A stretch of 57,122 nucleotides of DNA from Octopus sinensis (Eukaryota), in assembly GCF_006345805.1 (NCBI RefSeq), contig NW_021834516.1:1-57122 (forward strand). The letters run 5' to 3'. How positions within the stretch are numbered: the stretch's first letter is position 1; each line of letters begins with the position of its first letter. The notes under the pieces are model-generated. The model was not told the DNA's origin and made no database searches. It saw nothing but the letters and a program-made list of their open reading frames with translations. The position numbers were made by a program, and so were the translations under genes. Below, one piece after another: positions 54,188 through 57,122 of this stretch.

Positions 54188-55395
54188 TGGGGACTGGATT
54201 ACATTGAAGCTAATGTTCAACTGTTATATATTTTATCGACCCGAAAAGGATGAAAAGCAAAGTCGGCCTCAGTGGATTTGAACAAAAAGCGTATGGACGG
54301 ACAAAATGGTGCAAAGCATTTTGTCCGGCGTGCTAACGATTCTGTCATCTCACCGCCTTGCTTTTCGCTAAGAATATAGAATCAGAAACCTTTTAATGAA
54401 TTTTATTTTTGCCCTCACTTTCCTCATGTTCTACAGTTACTTTATTTATCCAGCTTATTCTACGGTGTTTTTATTTGTAGTTTCTGGAATGGAGAACTTT
54501 AGACCTTGACTCATCGAAAACCTCTCCTACCTTGGTTTTGAATCCGGCACTTTTCAATAAAGGCCACAACTTTTCTTATCGGTCAGTCGCCTGTTTACTT
54601 GTTTGTTTAGTCGTTCTTGGCCTTGAAGGTTTTTTAAAAATTTCTTTTCATCATTTTAGCTGTAGTTTTTTTGTAGCTGAATTTATAGTTTTTACCACAG
54701 AATTTCTGTGGTTTCTTATCGCTTCTCAAATCTATCTGTAAGTCCGATCTCTCCTTTATGCATGTTCCTTCCAGGCAAACTTTATACTTCATCTGTCTGG
54801 AGTCTATAAGCTAAAGTAGCAGTCAAGTACGGGGACGCTGCAATCGAATAAACCCAGATTGAAAAATTGTTAGTCTTCAGTTTATAATTAGAAACCAATA
54901 GGGCCATGTATTGTCAGAATTGAAAGAGCGTCGAAAAAAAACTGCCTTGCGGTGTTTGTTCCGGCTGTCTATGTTCAGAGTTCAGATCCCATCGAGATCA
55001 ACTTTATCTTTCATCGTTTAAGGGTCTATAAAATAAAGTGCCAGCCTCTTAATTTCTCTTCAATGGAGAAATAAACTCATTTTATATTATTTTTAGCTTA
55101 AATCCGTTAGCTGTTTCTGTCATAGGACTGCGGCCATGTTGGGGCACCGCCTTGAAGACTTTATCTGAACAAATTGACTCTAGTACATATTTGGAAGTCT
55201 GGTACTTACTTCATAGGTTTTTTTTTGACGAACTGCTAGTTACGGAGACGTAAACAAAGAAGCACCGGTTGTTTAGGGTTGTGGTGGTGGGTCATAGACA
55301 CACACACACCTGCACACGCGTGTTAGTATATACGACGGTCTTCCACACAGTTTCTGTCTACCGAATTCACTCACACTGAATTGGTTGGCCCAGAA

Positions 55396-55790
55396 CCGTT
55401 CTTTTACTTGTTCCAGTCATTTGACTGCGGCCATGCTGGAGCACTGCATTTAATCGAGTAACTCGACCCCGGGACTTATTCTTTTGTTAGCCCAGTACTT
55501 ATTCTATCGGTCTCTTTTGCCGAACCGCTAAGTAACGGGGACATAAACACACCAGCATCGGTTGTCAAGCGATGCTGGGGGGACAAATACAGACACACAA
55601 ACACACACACGCATATATATATATATATACGACGAGCTTCTTTCAGTTTCTGTCTACCAAATCCACTCACAAGGCTTTGGTCGGCCCGAGGCTATAGTAG
55701 AAGACACTTGCCCAAGGTGCCACGCAGTGGGACTGAACCCGGAACCATGTGGTTGGTAAACAAGCTACTTGCTACAGAGCCACTCCTGCG
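55396..55790 (-). mobile_element. CORE-type SINE family B, full-length young copy
   Basis: Minus-strand tRNA-like head (aggcgcaggagtggct...ggttcagtccc), CORE (ccttgggcaagtgtctt), internal TA/CA repeat and 3' body; plausibly related to the octopus OR-type SINEs (inference). Confidence 0.85.
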
Positions 55791-56600
55791 CCTATTGTAA
55801 ATAAACACTTGCTGAAATTGTTGTGAATTGGCACTGAATCGGAATCTACGTTGTTGGGGAGCCATGTCTTGTAGTTATTTTTGTTTCGGTTTCCCATTAG
55901 TACCTACAAGATAATTTCGTATTCTTACAGCAGCTATTATATAACAATTAAAGAAACTCATCCATTATCTCTTTAGTCGTAGTAAATACATTATTTCTGT
56001 GTTGGCTTGTTTTTTTTTATTATTATTATCTAGTCTCGCTAATTAACGCAACGTCTAATTGAGGATAAATAGTGTAACTACAGCATATTACTGAATTATT
56101 TAGCTACAAAGAGTTTCGTGCAATTTTCATATTTACATAAAAACACTCCTGGAAGGAAACGTTTTCTTACATGAAATATCCAAAACGTTTGTACGACACG
56201 ACACATGATTACACATAAATATGAAATAATTATACGAAACGATTCGTGTCCATTTATAATACATTAGCTGATTGTATTATATTATAATATAATATATTGT
56301 ATTATATATTAGATCATATTATATTATATGATACTATATTATACTAATATCTACCATTTGGTACTAAATGATCTTTTCTCTTAAGGGGCAGAGAGTGTTC
56401 TTCGTCTCGCCTGTCACTGATTACAGAAGTTCTTATCACATCCTTGGTTAGTCTACCAGACTGAAGATTGCGTGGTGGTGTTACGATAATCTTAACAATT
56501 AGCTGACCATAAGACTCCCGCACCTTGGTTCATGCTAGGAATGCTAGAACCATAACTGCTGTTGTTTCTAACGGGGATTATACAATGTACACACACACAC

Positions 56601-56782
<182 letters not shown>

Positions 56783-57067
56783 GTATATTAGGTATTTTGA
56801 ATGTACTTTGGAATCGGTTAAAGATATATTTGTTGTTCGGATATGATATTTCGGAATACATAGTAATGTTTTATGAAATAATTTGATTGGGAGCACCTGT
56901 TTTTCGATGCATATGTTATAATTTGAAATGATTTGACTGTAATTATATATTTTTAAATTAATTGGCTGCAAAATAAAAGGAGAAGAAGGATTTTCTTCTT
57001 ACGGTTACATAACTCCTGACTTGCTTTCTTATTTTTACATATCTCCCGATTTGTGTGTAATATTTGT

Positions 57068-57105
<38 letters not shown>

Positions 57106-57122
57106 GTTCCTTTTTAAATTTT

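Noticed and set aside
53440-54900. Possible highly decayed internal R4/Dong ORF pieces (e.g. minus-strand EDIVFCWEDLWK)
   Set aside because: Many stops and only one short motif; cannot be supported without a profile search

Overview
Eukaryotic, AT-rich, microsatellite-saturated genomic DNA. The SINE families and repeat landscape point to an octopus (cephalopod) genome; this is inference, not a database result. Most ORFs in the supplied track are translations of simple repeats. One protein-coding gene is supported: the 5' end of a minus-strand, intron-rich cadherin. It has a candidate signal-peptide exon (18862-18784), a 72-bp exon (16610-16539) and a 167-bp exon (3214-3048). These splice in phase to give a full first cadherin repeat (NEPP...PEDTKVG...ARDKDG...LDRD), and the gene continues beyond the left edge of the window. 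The rest is intron and upstream DNA filled with tRNA-derived SINEs and other retroelements that each sit in one type of microsatellite. R4/Dong-like RLE retrotransposon 3' ends and an unexplained fixed-length ~550-bp element lie in (TAA)n. A Tx1-like L1 3' end lies in (GATA)n. Penelope-like remnants with minimal type I hammerhead ribozyme motifs, often as inverted pairs, lie mostly in (TA)n. The most novel candidates are the 550-bp TAA-embedded element and the hammerhead-bearing elements, including a CUGUUGA core variant.
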